Positions 51,160-64,000 of a DNA stretch of 64,000 nt are shown one piece after another. Source of the DNA: Octopus bimaculoides. Taxonomy: Eukaryota. The notes beneath the pieces were generated by a model. It was not told the origin of the DNA. It did no database searches and worked only from the letters and a program-made list of their open reading frames with translations. How positions within the stretch are numbered: position 1 is the stretch's first letter; every line of letters begins with the position of its first letter. The translations under genes were made by a program, and so were the position numbers. Where the stretch lies: NCBI RefSeq assembly GCF_001194135.2, contig NC_068981.1, positions 191,412,305-191,476,304 on the forward strand, read 5' to 3'.

Positions 51160-51453
51160 GTAGGAGTGGCTGTGTGGTATATATAGGCGCAGGAGTGGCT
51201 GTGTCGTAAGTAGCTTGCTTACCAACCACATGATTCTGGGTTCATTCCCACTGCATGGCACCTTGGGCAAGTGTCTTCTACTATAGTCTCGAGCCAACCA
51301 AAGATGCTGGTGTGTTTACGTCCTCGTAACTTAGCGGTTCAGCAAAAAGAGACTGATAGAATAAGTACTAGGCTTACAAAGAATAAGTCCTGGGGTCGAT
51401 TTTCTCGACTAAAGGTGGTGCTCCAGCATGGCCGCAGTCAAATGACTGAAACA
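51160..51453 (+). repeat. tRNA-derived SINE (GGCGCAGGAGTGGCTGTG... family)
   Basis: A-box-like TGGCTGTGTCG and B-box-like GGTTCATTCCC; tail GCCGCAGTCAAATGACTGAAAC. Other copies at about 9247-9560, 55000-55150 (-), 55470-55600 and 62106-62515. Confidence 0.8.
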
Positions 51454-51872
51454 NNNNNNNNNNNNNNNNNNNNNNNNNNNNNNNNNNNNNNNNNNNNNNN
51501 NNNNNNNNNNNNNNNNNNNNNNNNNNNNNNNNNNNNNNNNNNNNNNNNNNNNNNNNNNNNNNNNNNNNNNNNNNNNNNNNNNNNNNNNNNNNNNNNNNNN
51601 NNNNNNNNNNNNNNNNNNNNNNNNNNNTATATATATATATATATATTGATATTGTTTATGGTGTTTATGTCTATGGGTGCTTCAGTAGAATTCACTCTGT
51701 TGCAAATATTCAAGCAAGGGCTCCAGTCTAAGAATAACTTCCCCCTTTAATCCCAGTAATCTTGAAGGTTCTGAAAAATCTTATGAACACTACCCTTCAT
51801 CCGCTGTTGAAACCATGACAAATATACAAACTAAGCCCAAATGAAAGAGTGTTCAATGGCAAATAGTGAGTA

Positions 51873-52096
51873 CAGTAATCCCTCACCATATATCATGGTT
51901 CACCCATCGTGGTTTATTATTTAAGCTTACATCGATTCCTCCATGGTGTTGTTTTATATTTATAATAAAATAAACATATACAAATTATAAATATAATAAT
52001 AAAAAAATATACAGTACAATACTGTTTCTACTTTGCGAATTTTTACCTATGGTGGTGGGGTTTTGGAATGTAACACCCATGATAGTCAAGGGATAT
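51873..52096. mobile_element. Tigger/pogo-like MITE, degenerate
   Basis: TA|CAGTAATCCCTC left terminus and a decayed AAGGGATA right end. Confidence 0.45.
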
Positions 52097-55000
52097 ATTT
52101 AACCTGTAGATGTAGTTTATCGAGATAAATCTCATTTAAGATTTCTGATTGTAATATCTCCCATCTTGCTTGACAGAGTACAATATCAGCAACAGTGATC
52201 AGTTGTTTGTGGTTAAGGTTTGACTGGAGGAGCCATTGAAGTGTACAGGACAAATATGGCAAGTAGTAGCCCAAGGAATGGCAACAGTTCTTGTTTTAGA
52301 TATTGAACACAAAATCAATTTCTACTGTAGATGAGAGAGGGTTAGAATCTGTTATATGGTTTTTGAATGAGAACTACTGAGTTATATCAATACCAGGGGC
52401 TCTATAAGTACCAAAGATGTACTGGTGTTGTTATAGTTTGATATAACTATAGATTTATTTATTTATACTTATCCCACTCCAAGTTTGTTGTTTTGTTTCT
52501 CTATTGTGTCAAGTACGTAAAATTGAGGCTATTCATTCTCCAAATAACTCTACTCTGCTTAACATGACATTGAAACTTAATATGAAACAATTTAGTCAAA
52601 CAGGTGATCATCTTTCATCAGATATCTCTATACAGAGAATGTGGATTATAATGTTGGCTAAAATAATGAACTTGTTCAGGACACTGCAATAGCAGCAAAC
52701 TTTTCTTTGTCTGATTTTCATTCACAACCTAATTTCTATCATTAGAGAAAGCTTTCTCTGATGCTTATGGAAATACATTTATTCTTTTAGTCTATATTCC
52801 AATTGGAATTATGTCACCTAGGTAACATCAGCACACACTATAGTCTGACTAAAGCTGTATGTGTAGATACACACAAACACTATGTAGATACATAGTGTTT
52901 GTGTGTATGAGTGTGTGTATATTATAGAACATCTGTCATATTTGCTTAACATATGGGTTTGAGTTCCATGGGTAAACTTTGACCTTTTTCCATCCAAGAA
53001 GTACTTTAATCTAAATATTCTCACCCTATTGTTTATAGCATTTTCTATCTCAAGTTCCACCATTAAAAATAATTTACTAAATATATACATATATATATGA
53101 GCGTGGCCGTTGCCAGTACTGCCTGACTGGCCTTCGTAGGATTTTCGAGCGAGATCGTTGCCAGTGCGCCTGGACTGGCTTGTGTGGGTGGCACATAAAA
53201 GACACCATTTCGAGCGTGGCCGTTGCCAGTATCGCCTGACTGGCCTTCGTGCAGGTGACACGTAAAAGCACCTACTACACTCTCTGAGTGGTTGGCGTTA
53301 GGAAGGGCATCCAGCTGTAGAAACTCTGCCAAATTTAGATTGGAGCCTGGTGTTGCCATCCGGTTTCACCAGTCCTCAGTCAAATCGTCCAACCCATGCT
53401 AGCATGGAAAGCGGACGTTAAACGATGATGATGATATATATATATACACACACACACATACACACACATACATACATAGGCGCAAGTGTGGCTGTGTGGT
53501 AAGTAGCTTGCTTACCAACGTACAATAGTTCACTTGTACTGCGAGGTTCTCCTATATTACCTTTTACTTGTTTCAGTCATTAGTAGACTGCAGCCATGCT
53601 GGAGCACTGCCTCGAAGAATTTTAGTCGAATGAATTGATTCCAGTATTTATTATTTCTTTTTAAGCCTGGTACTTACTTTATAGGTCTCTTTTGCCAAAC
53701 TGCTAAGTTATGGAGACATTAACATGCCAACACTAGTTGTTAAGTGGTGGTGGGAAACAAACACAAACAAATACACACACATTTAGATACATATATAACA
53801 TCATCATCATGATTATAATCATCCTTTAACATCCGTTTTCCATGCTGGCATGGGTTGGATGGTTTGATCTGTGTTGGCAAGCTGGAGAGCTGCACCAGGT
53901 TCCTGTCTGATTTAGCTTGGTTTTTACAGCTGGATGCCCTTCCTAACTCCAACTACTCTACACTGTTTGCTGGCTGCTTTTAATGTGGCACCACATGAGT
54001 GCTTGTATGTGGCACCAGCACAAGATTCTCACAGTCCAATCCTCCTCACCAGGGGCTATGGCCTTAACACTTATATCATCATCATCATCATGATTTAACG
54101 TCCATTGTCCATGCTGGCATGGGTTGGATGGTTTGACAAGAGCTAGCAAGCTGGAAGGATGCACCAGATTCCAGTCTGATTTGGCATGGTTTCTATGGCT
54201 GGATATCCTTCCTAATGCCAACCACTCCAAGAGTGTAATGGATGCTTTTACATGCCACTGGCATGGGTGCCATTTTTGTGACACCAGTATCTGCCACAAC
54301 TACAATTTAACTTGGCTTGATGGGTCTTCTTCTCAAGCACAGCATATATATATCATCATATAACATGTGTTGTCCATGCTAGCATGGACTGAATGGCTTG
54401 ACCAGGGCTGGCAAGCTGGGGAGCTGCAACAGGTTCCTGTCTGATTTAGCTTGGTTTCTACAACTGGATGCCTGCCCTTCCTAACTCCAATCACTTTACA
54501 ATGCTTGCTGCGTGCTTTTAATGTGTGGCACTACATGAGTGCTTGTACGTGGCATCAGCATGAGTACTTTTTACATGGCACCAGCACTGGTCTCTCATAG
54601 GCCAGTCCTCCTCACCAGGGTTTCTTAACACTTCTGCTGTGGAGGACAGGTCTTCTTGAGTATAGCAAGGCATCAAGTATCTCAGTCCTTTGTCATTTTG
54701 TCTGAAAAGTTCAACATCCCAAGGTCATCCTTNNNNNNNNNNNNNNNNNNNNNNNNNNNNNNNNNNNNNNNNNNNNNNNNNNNNNNNNNNNNNNNNNNNN
54801 NNNNNNNNNNNNNNNNNNNNNNNNNNNNNNNNNNNNNNNNNNNNNNNNNNNNNNNNNNNNNNNNNNNNNNNNNNNNNNNNNNNNNNNNNNNNNNNNNNNN
54901 NNNNNNNNNNNNNNNNNNNNNNNNNNNNNNNNNNNNNNNNNNNNNNNNNNTCTAATTCCTCTTTTGCCTAACTTCTCTTTCATATATACAAGAGGCTTTT

Positions 55001-55603
55001 TTCAGTTTCCATCTAACAAATCCACTCACAAGGCTTTGGTCAGTCTGAGGCTATAGTAGAAGACACTTGCCTAAGGTACCATACAGTGGGACTGAACCTG
55101 GAATCATGTGGTTGGGAAGCAAGCTTCTTACCACACAGCCACACCTGCACTTATATATATATATATGTATGTATGCATGTATACACACACACAAAATCAT
55201 AAATATATTGCTTAGGGCTTAGAAAACCAATAAACAGGATATAAATTTCATTAAGATTGCACAAACACTGAATGGTAGACAATTATTTGTGTGATATATT
55301 CTCCTAAGTTGACTGAAAACAAATATTTTAGTTGTCCTGAATATACTAGGGTGTTGAATGCACAAATTGTGTGTATTAGAAAATGCATTGTGGATGGTAA
55401 ACAAATGTGGATACAGTTCGTCATTCTTTTTGTAGAGAATATGGGATGTATGTGTGTGTGTGTGTATGTGTGGCTGTGAGGTAAAAAGTTTGCTTCCCAA
55501 CCATAGTTTCAGGTTCAGTCCCACTGCATGACACCTTGGGCAAGTAATGTCAAGCCAACCAAAGCCTTATGAGTGGATTTGGTAGACAGAAACAGAATTC
55601 TGC

Positions 55604-55635
<32 letters not shown>

Positions 55636-56122
55636 NNNNNNNNNNNNNNNNNNNNNNNNNNNNNNNNNNNNNNNNNNNNNNNNNNNNNNNNNNNNNNNNN
55701 NNNNNNNNNNNNNNNNNNNNNNNNNNNNNNNNNNNNNNNNNNNNNNNNNNNNNNNNNNNNNNNNNNNNNNNNNNNNNNNNNNNNNNNNNNNNNNNNNNNN
55801 NNNNNNNNNNNNNNNNNNNNNNNNNNNNNNNNNNNNNNNNNNNNNNNNNNNNNNNNNNNNNNNNNNNNNNNNNNNNNNNNNNNNNNNNNNNNNNNNNNNN
55901 NNNNNNNNNNNNNNNNNNNNNNNNNNNNNNNNNNNNNNNNNNNNNNNNNNNNNNNNNNNNNNNNNNNNNNNNNNNNNNNNNNNNNNNNNNNNNNNNNNNN
56001 NNNNNNNNNNNNNNNNNNNNNNNNNNNNNNNNNNNNNNNNNNNNNNNNNNNNNNNNNNNNNNNNNNNNNNNNNNNNNNNNNNNNNNNNNNNNNNNNNNNN
56101 NNNNNNNNNNNNNNNNNNNNNN

Positions 56123-56159
<37 letters not shown>

Positions 56160-56330
56160 GTATGAGATCGCTAACCATTGCACACATTTTTTTTTTCTGT
56201 CCTTGTTTCTTTCTGTGTTCCTTTCTGGAAGAGCGTAGGCTCGAAACGTTAAAGATTTTTTCAATTCCCGAGCGTTATACTAATACATCTGTTGGTTTTC
56301 TACACCACCTGTCTTCGTCTGTTGTTTTTG
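56160..56330 (+). mobile_element. Probable Penelope-like 3'/pLTR fragment with a minimal hammerhead-like motif
   Basis: Pyrimidine tract followed by CTTT-CTGGAA-GAGC(GTAG)GCTC-GAAAC-GTT-AAAG. The family assignment is inferred from the motif. Confidence 0.45.
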
Positions 56331-56389
56331 GGAGATATGCTGTGCTTGAGAAGACCCAGCAAGCCAAGTGAGACCATAACTGTGGCCTT

Positions 56390-56935
56390 GCCAGTGCAGC
56401 ATAACCAGCCATTTAAGAGTACCCTGCAATCATTGGGCAATAAACTATGCTTATGAAGACCTGTTGAGGCAAGTGAAATTGTTGTTGTAGCCGATGAGAG
56501 TACTGCCCGATTGGCACCCGTGCCAGTGGCACGTTAAAAGCACCATTCGAGCGTGATCATTGCCAGTGCCACCTGACTGCCTTCTGTACTGGTGGCACAT
56601 AAAAAACACCATTCGAGCGTGATCGTTGCCAGTATCGCCTGACTGGCTCCTGTGCTGGTGGCCTGTAAAAAACACCATTTGAGTGTGGTCGTTGCCAGTG
56701 CCACCTGACTGGCTCCTGTGCCAGTAGCACATAAAAAGCATTTAGGCATGATTGTGCCAGTGACACCTGACTGGCTCCTGTGCTGGTGGCCTGTAAAAAA
56801 CACCATTTGAGTGTGGTCGTTGCCATTGCCAGTAGCACGTAAAAAGCACCCACTACACTTTCAGAGTGGTTGGCGTTAGGAAGGGCATCCAGCTGTAGAA
56901 ACTCTTCCAGATCAGATTGGAGCCTGGTGCAGCCT
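56390..56935 (+). repeat. Same retroposon family with an expanded (about 6-7 unit) internal array, 3'-truncated
   Basis: Repeated GCCAGT.CC.CCTGACTG and AAAACACCATT units. Confidence 0.8.
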
Positions 56936-56949
56936 GGTTCTGACAACCG

Positions 56950-57420
56950 GTGCTACTTAGCACCAGTTGTCAGAACCTACGGACATGTGGCATTATGAAA
57001 CTAACTAATTATAAGACCATGGATTTAACTAACACTCTTCTCTTCTATCCTCCAACTGAGATATTGAATTATGGACTTCACTAAAATGTAAGACTATTGA
57101 ATTGACGAACATTTTTCCTTTTCTCCTTTCTCTTCCTCACGTTCTCTTTCTATCTATCTTTGCCATATAATCGTTCTGATGATGTCTGTCATTTGCAACG
57201 AGGTAAATGCAAATTTACCCCAGCTTGATATACTGAAACAGCTGTAAACATACTCTCTTCTTAATTAAATAATGACTTTATAACACCAATGATCCACTTC
57301 TCAATGTTTCTCTATTTCTTATCTTCTCTCTCTATATATTAAACCACGGTTTTCCCTTTTAAATTACCTACTACCGTATACCTTATAACAAGGACCATAC
57401 ATACTGAGGTAATACCAGGA
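56950..57420 (+). mobile_element. Probable Penelope-like terminal repeat fragment containing CTGATGA...GAAACAGCTGTA
   Basis: Hammerhead core words and a palindromic stem III in a pyrimidine-rich repeat that starts abruptly after a truncated SINE. Confidence 0.45.
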
Positions 57421-58180
57421 TTGGTGACAGGAAGAGCATGCAGCTGTGGAAAATTTGCCTCGATAAACGTCATTTAACTCCATCCAACTCAAGCAAGCAT
57501 GGAAAAGTGGATATTAAAATGACGGTGATAATGATTCCAATCCCCTTTCTTGCTCTCACTGTCCTGTACCCTCACTGCAATCCCCACTCCCTACTTGCAC
57601 CTTCTTGACAACACCTGACCGTACATATTACAACCTTCATACCTCTCTTTTTTACCATCACATCTATGCTCTGATCCTCATTACTTGTGAGTATACTCTG
57701 GCACTTCACAATCTCTCTCCTGCTCTCTTTTACACTTTTGCTGTTTCTTACTCTCTCTCTCTCTTTCCTTTGGCTGGGTAGCCATGTATCTCCTCTTTAG
57801 CAGCACACCTATTTTTGCCCTCATTCCTGGTCGGTCTCTCTCTCTTTCCCTCTCTCCTTCTCACTCGCTGAGTAACTATGTACCCCCTCTTTAGCCAGAT
57901 ACCTATTTCTGCCTCCCTATTTCTGCTGATGTATTATTATTTGAATGCCTCACATGCGACTTCCTAAGAGGCTGGTTACACCTGAGTAGACTGGAGCAGC
58001 GAGAAAGGACACAATATGCTGACCAAATTAGGAATTGAACTTATGGCCTTATGATCATGCACCAAACACCCTAACCACTAAACCATGTGAATTTACTAAT
58101 CTGCTTCTTTAATTCCAGAGCTGTATGTTATTAATTATTATTTTTTCATTTCTTTTTGTTGTTTTTTTTGTCTTTTCCAG

Positions 58181-58226
58181 AATCGTGTACCATTTATTAA
58201 TTTACCAGATGAAATTATTACTGGAG
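58181..58226 (+). CDS. Candidate exon NRVPFINLPDEIITG of an unidentified gene
   Basis: Very strong polypyrimidine tract ending TCTTTTCCAG, donor GAG|GTAAAA, open frame. Confidence 0.45.
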
Positions 58227-58621
58227 GTAAAATATTATTTCTGAATTAGAAAATTTATTCTTTACATGGAGGTAATTTCATGACAATTACTTCTTTTGAG
58301 TTAATGATTGTATGTATACACCACAACAGCATGGTTCAGAAAGTTTACCCAGTTGTGTAAATCTAATGACATTCCTTTTTATATTCTGGTATCTGTACCT
58401 GATATAAATGTTGGTTGGTTTTTCTAGTCATGCTTTATATCATATGGAGAGAGAGAGGGAGAGAAAGAGAGTAAAAGAAAGATATAGAGATTTAACTCAA
58501 GAGGAGCACAATGAGTGCACATTCTAGGCTTGCTGGCTGGTAACGTGTAAATGAACACCACACTCAGAGTAAGAGAGACAGTATCATAGAGACTATGAAG
58601 GAGAATGTGTGTGGTTGTGTA

Positions 58622-58656
<35 letters not shown>

Positions 58657-60299
58657 GTGGGATGAGTGTGTGTGTGTGTGTGTGTGTGTGAACTTCCAAA
58701 ATATAAAGTTAACATCATCAACATCATCATCATCATTTAATATCCGTTTTCTATGCTGCTATGGATTGGATAGTTTGACAAGAGCTGGAGAGCTGCACCC
58801 AGTTCCAATCGTCTGGATGCCCTTCCTAATGTCAACCACTTTACAGAGTTGACTGGGTGCTTTTTAAGTAGAACTAGCACCAGGAGGACTGCCAGGTAGC
58901 TTGCCAGGTGACATTGAGTACAAGCATCGTTATGTAGTTAAGAATGTCCCCTCACAACCATATAGTTCTGAGTGTGATCCCATTGAAAAGCACCTTCAGC
59001 AAGTATCTTCTGCTATATCTTTCTACCAACTAATATTTTATGAGTGGAATCTGGTTGTTGTGAACTGTGTGGAAGCCTGTCGTATCTGTCATTACCATCA
59101 TTGTTTTGCGTGCTTAAGTAACTAGAAGCTATGGTAAAGACACTTAAGATGTCACACAGTGGGATTGGACCCAGAATCTCATGAATGTGAAGTAAACTTC
59201 TTCACAACTTGGCCACACCCATGTCCTTTATAACATAACATTGTATTAAGGACAAAGAAATTTAATTTCCTGGAGCTGATATTCTAAATAAAATATTTGC
59301 TAAGCTTTGTTTTTTCCTTTCCCCATTATATACATCCAAATTCCATCTGATAAATTTCATAGTTTAATTAGAGTGAAGTGAAGATAGTTAACTGTTAATT
59401 GCAGTAATTTGATATTATAATAATTAGCAATCTTCTTTTACATTTATTAATTACTGTGCTAGACATAATGCTTAGTGGCATTTTCTGGATCTTTACGTTC
59501 CAAGTTCAAATCCTTCCAAACTCAAATTTGCCTTTCATCTTTTTAGGGTCAATAAAATAAAATACCAGTTAAATACTGGCATTTGATGTAATTGACTAAT
59601 CCCCTAATAGTAAAATTAGTGACCTTGTGCCCAAATTAGAAAGAACTATTCTTACATATTTTAGCTGTACAATATAGAAGGCTAAGAAATTAGAAACAGT
59701 GGAATATAAGGGAGTTTAGATTTAGGAGATTAAAGGTCCACTAAAATCTACAGGGCAGTGAATTACTAAGTGAACAGTGTTATGATTTGTGAAATCATGT
59801 GAAAATAGTCCTTTTATCAAATAAGGGTTTAAAAGTAAAAGCATTAGTTGTACATATTCCCAGAACATTGTAAATTACAACTGAGAATGTTTTCAAGACG
59901 AGGTCTTTGCTAGGTTTACTTTTGGATCTCTCAATTCTCACTTTGCTTCCATGTTGAAATTTCTTGAACAAATTCAGCATACAGGAGTTCCCTTTGTCAT
60001 GGCCTGAAGAATTATGATAAACAGGAGGAAGCTGAGAAAAGAGCCATGAGGTACACCGGCCTGTGTGATAAATTCCCAGCTAAACTGATTTACTCTTACT
60101 TTGCTGATGGCATCTCAGATCTCACAAGCCATCCATGTAGACATAGTTTAATTAGTGATCACCAGACTACAAAGTGTAGTACCCTGTCAAGGGCCTCTCT
60201 AGGTCAATGAATGTTAGGTATAGTAGCTTATTCTTAGCTAGGAACTTCTATAGTTATCTCTCTAGGAATAAGGCATTGGTGGCACTCTGTCCAGGTACA

Positions 60300-60900
60300 A
60301 ACCCAAACTGGGATCTATTTCATTTCCTAATCAGTTCTGCTTTAACTCTTTCTGTTACATTCACAACTTGGTCCCTCTGTTTGATGTCTTTGTTGTTACT
60401 TCTCTCCTGAGCATCTCTTTTTCCCAGTAGCAGTTGATGACGATACTGCTATATCAGTTACAGTGTGGGTGACATGATCCTGTACTAATTGGTTAACTAT
60501 GCAAGTAATTAACTTATTTACTACTTCACTATTTTAAGCTCTTAGTCCAGTTACTATCACTGCCTTTATATCTTGTATCGAACTTTCAGACATATAACTG
60601 ATTCCTTTGTTGGATCTATTTAGAGGGGACCATTTCTTTCTCACATATTCTCTCATTCAGCAGTTGCACCTTGTAACATTTCTATGCCTCTTTGGTTAGT
60701 TCATTTATGTCATAGAACTCCAACAGCCTTGAACCCACTTCACTTCTTGTACTGTTTCATACCAAATGTCAAGTCACTGCAGACCTTTTACTTATCTGTC
60801 TCACCTGACTATAGTATATGTACAGCAATAACTGTTATGGTCATATTATGAGTGACTAATCTCAACTTAATTATTCTGTCTCATACTCTGGCTACCTCAG
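60300..60900 (-). mobile_element. Old LINE (RTE-like) endonuclease remnant
   Basis: The minus frame near 60750-60690 reads RSEVGSRLLEFYDINEL, resembling the RTE endonuclease N..G.RLLEF motif. Heavily decayed. Confidence 0.4.
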
Positions 60901-62105
60901 TTACTTTATCTATTTCTCCACCCCTCTCACCTTAGAACTATTTCTCACCGAGAGAAATTTGTACTTACAAATTAGTAATGCATATAGCAATGAATGAAGG
61001 TAAGGTTACATCAAGGTTCAATTCTCAGCCCCCTTCTGTTCAATATAATTCTCCAAATCATAACAGAATGTTTCAGACCAGCTTCCCATGTTAATGACCT
61101 AGTTTTATTTTAGAACTGAATTGGTAGTGGTAGTAAGAGTAGTAGTTGCAGTGGTAGCATTAGAAGAAGAAAAATTCCAAACATAGAAACCTAGAACTAA
61201 GAAGCCTCTAAGTAAACCTAGCAAAGTTTAAATAATTAGCAAGAGAGAGGACAGGACTCTGTTACCGTTAGGGAAATGGCCATTCCTGGCATGTACAGAA
61301 TGAGTAGTTAGTAATTCTATACCCTTTACACAGTGTAAACTATGGACACACAAGATGTGTGTTCGATATATTTTGCTTTCCCTCATAAATTTCTGCTTCT
61401 GCTTTTGAAAGGAAGAGAGTTGATAGAGCAATCATTTGATGGATAATTTGTATTTTTTATTCTTAAAAATGTTGTCCTAGCTCCTAGTGAAATTTCTTTT
61501 AAGCAATCTTTATTTTTTTTTTCATATTACTGCCCTTGTTGAGAGGGGAAGGTACTTTTTTATCACAGTAAAAATGTTTATAAAACTCCACATTGGCAGC
61601 TTTTTCTTGTAGGTCAAGCCACCAAATAGAAACTCCTTCATTAGCTTAATGAGGAACAATTTTTGTAATTTAACAGATGATAATGAATTATTGAGCAAGC
61701 AACAACTGGGTCTGACAGGAATAGCAATTAGTTCATCCTTTTGATACAGATGTCTGAGATTCCCTTGTCCTAGTTCTCTGATACAAATCCCCTGTTTTAA
61801 AGTGAACTAGATTAAAACTTTCTATCAAAATTTCATGCTTAAGAATGACAAAGTTATTTGACTAAATTCTTCAAGCTCACTTTCCAGTCATGTGGTCTTA
61901 TGTTCAGTCCCACTGTGTAGCATTTTGGACAGATGTTTTCTACTACAGCCTTGGGTCAACCGTCAACCAATGCCCTGTGAGTGAATTTGGTAAGCGGAAA
62001 TTGTGTAAAAGCCATTGTATATATGTGTATGTGTTGTGTGTTTGTGTGTCTCTGTTTCCTTGACCCTCCCCACTTAATTGTTGTTGGTTTGTTTTCATCC
62101 CCTGT

Positions 62106-62265
62106 AGGCACAGGAGTGGCTGTGTTGTAAGAAGCTTGTTTCCCAACCACATGGTTCCTGGTTCAGTCCCACTGCATAGCACCTTGAACAAGTGTCTTCT
62201 ATTGTAGTCTTGGGCTGACCAAAGCCTTGTGAGTGGATTTGGTAGACAGAAACTGAAAGAAGCCC

Positions 62266-62303
<38 letters not shown>

Positions 62304-62515
62304 TGTATATATTTGTGTGTCTGTGTTTGTCCCCACCCACCATTGCTTGACAATCAATGTTGGTGTGTTTAAGTCCCCCCTAACTTAGCAGTTCAGCAAA
62401 AGAAAAAAATAGAATAAGTACTAGGCTTACAAAGAATAAGTCCTGGGATCGATTTGTTCGACTAAAGGCAGTGCTCCAGCATGGCTGCAGTCAAATGACT
62501 GAAACAAGTAAAAAC
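62106..62515 (+). repeat. Full-length copy of the same SINE with an internal (TA)n
   Basis: Colinear with the 9247-9560 and 51160-51453 copies. Confidence 0.8.
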
Positions 62516-64000
62516 ATAAAAGAATGTAACTTAGCAGTTCAGCAAAAGAGACTGATAGAATAAAAAATAAGTATTGCGGGGGCAATTTGTTTGACCAAGC
62601 ATTTCAAGATAGTGCCCCAGTATGGCCACAGTCAAATGAATGAATGAAACAAGTTAAAGATAAAAAAAGAAAAAGCAGTATATTTCAACAGATATATCAT
62701 AACAAAAGAATTAAAGGTATAAAACAGGACATGCACTGACTTGTGAGGAAATAGTTTTATTTAAGTGAATATTAGTTCAATGATAATATCAAAATCAATA
62801 CAAAAAGATTAAAGATGACTTCTGTTTGACATTTCTTGTCACCAAGAACTGCAATGAACCAAAGGGAGTTAATTTTCATATTTTTACGACAGTAAATTAT
62901 TTGACTAAATTGTCACAACATACTTGCGCTATTGATATCATCATAATTTCTTTAACATTCACTCTTCCATGCTTGCATGGGTTAAACAGAATTTATTAAG
63001 GTAAATTTTCTACAGCTGAATTCCCTGCCTGTTGCCACCCATCACCTGTTTCCAAGCAAGATAATATTTCCTCATTCCCAGACGTGTTTTTGCAGAATAT
63101 TGGAAATAAATGATAGTCATTTCCAATAATTATGCTATGTCAAGATAAAGATACACAAAACAAACACACACTCACACATAAGATGGGCTTCTCTCAGGTT
63201 CCATTTACCATATCACAGGCAGTCTCAAGTAGGTTTGTATCAACAGGGTTAAGCCTTGATTCATGATCATGACATATTGTCATACTGCACCCCCATACAA
63301 TCCATCATCTACATCCTAGAATATGTAGTATGGCTCTCAACTAAACAGAAATGTGGTATAAATAAGAAAAAGGATGTGTAGGTCATGCTTTTATCAATCA
63401 AACTGATATGTGTGTGTCGAAGAACTGCTCATTCTGAGCTGCTAACCTAGGGTTATATAGTAACATCATCATCATCATCATCATTTAATGTTCGCTTTTC
63501 CATGCTTGTGTAGGTGAGGTGGAGTTTGTTGAGGCAAATTTTCTACAACCAGATGCTCTTCCTCTTACCAACCTTTACCAGTTTCCATGCAAAGTAATGT
63601 TTTCCTATAGTTAGACATGTTTTTTCATGGAAAACAGGAGACAAACAATCTTACTTGTATGCCTATGATGCTCATTTGCAACCATTACATGATGTCAAGA
63701 CAAAGGTACTTACAAACACACACATATATATATCATCATCATCATCATCGTTTAACGTCCGCTTTTCATGCTAGCATGGGTTGGACAGTTTAACTGAGGA
63801 CTGGCAAGCCAGAAGGCTGCACTAGGCTCCAATCTGATCTGGCAGAGTTTCTACAGCTGGATGCTCTTCCTAACGCCAACCACTCCGAGAGTGCTTTTAC
63901 GTGCCACCGGCACGAGGGCCAGTCAGGCGGTACTGGCAACAGCCATGCTCAAATGGTGTTCTTTACATGCCACCTGCACAGGAGCCAGTCCAGCGGCACT

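Noticed and set aside
51160-51260. tRNA genes
   Set aside because: The A/B-box-like words are SINE heads that continue into SINE bodies; no complete cloverleaf was seen.
56500-56850. CRISPR-like palindromic repeat array
   Set aside because: The units are contiguous with no unique spacers, belong to a dispersed eukaryotic repeat, and have no cas genes nearby.

Overview
AT-rich, repeat-dense animal genomic DNA from a gapped draft assembly. The SINE-like repeat families look like those of octopus; I inferred this and did not check it. The only gene I can identify with confidence is a complete 4-exon eIF1/SUI1 on the minus strand (CDS 27148-23735, 111 aa). Its AUG sits in a poor context and its N-terminus is atypical. 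Most of the rest is decayed transposons: a Helitron remnant, a Gypsy RNaseH-integrase fragment, RTE-like and CR1-like LINEs, several Tc1/mariner fragments, MITEs with visible TIRs and TSDs, many SINE copies and Penelope-like ends carrying hammerhead-ribozyme-like motifs. Two blocks from the first 2.3 kb recur at 34.7-40 kb, one inverted and one direct. Isolated plus-strand exons with canonical splice sites suggest one or two more unidentified spliced genes flanking eIF1, at low to moderate confidence. There is no CRISPR array, rRNA or tRNA gene, and no intact autonomous transposon.
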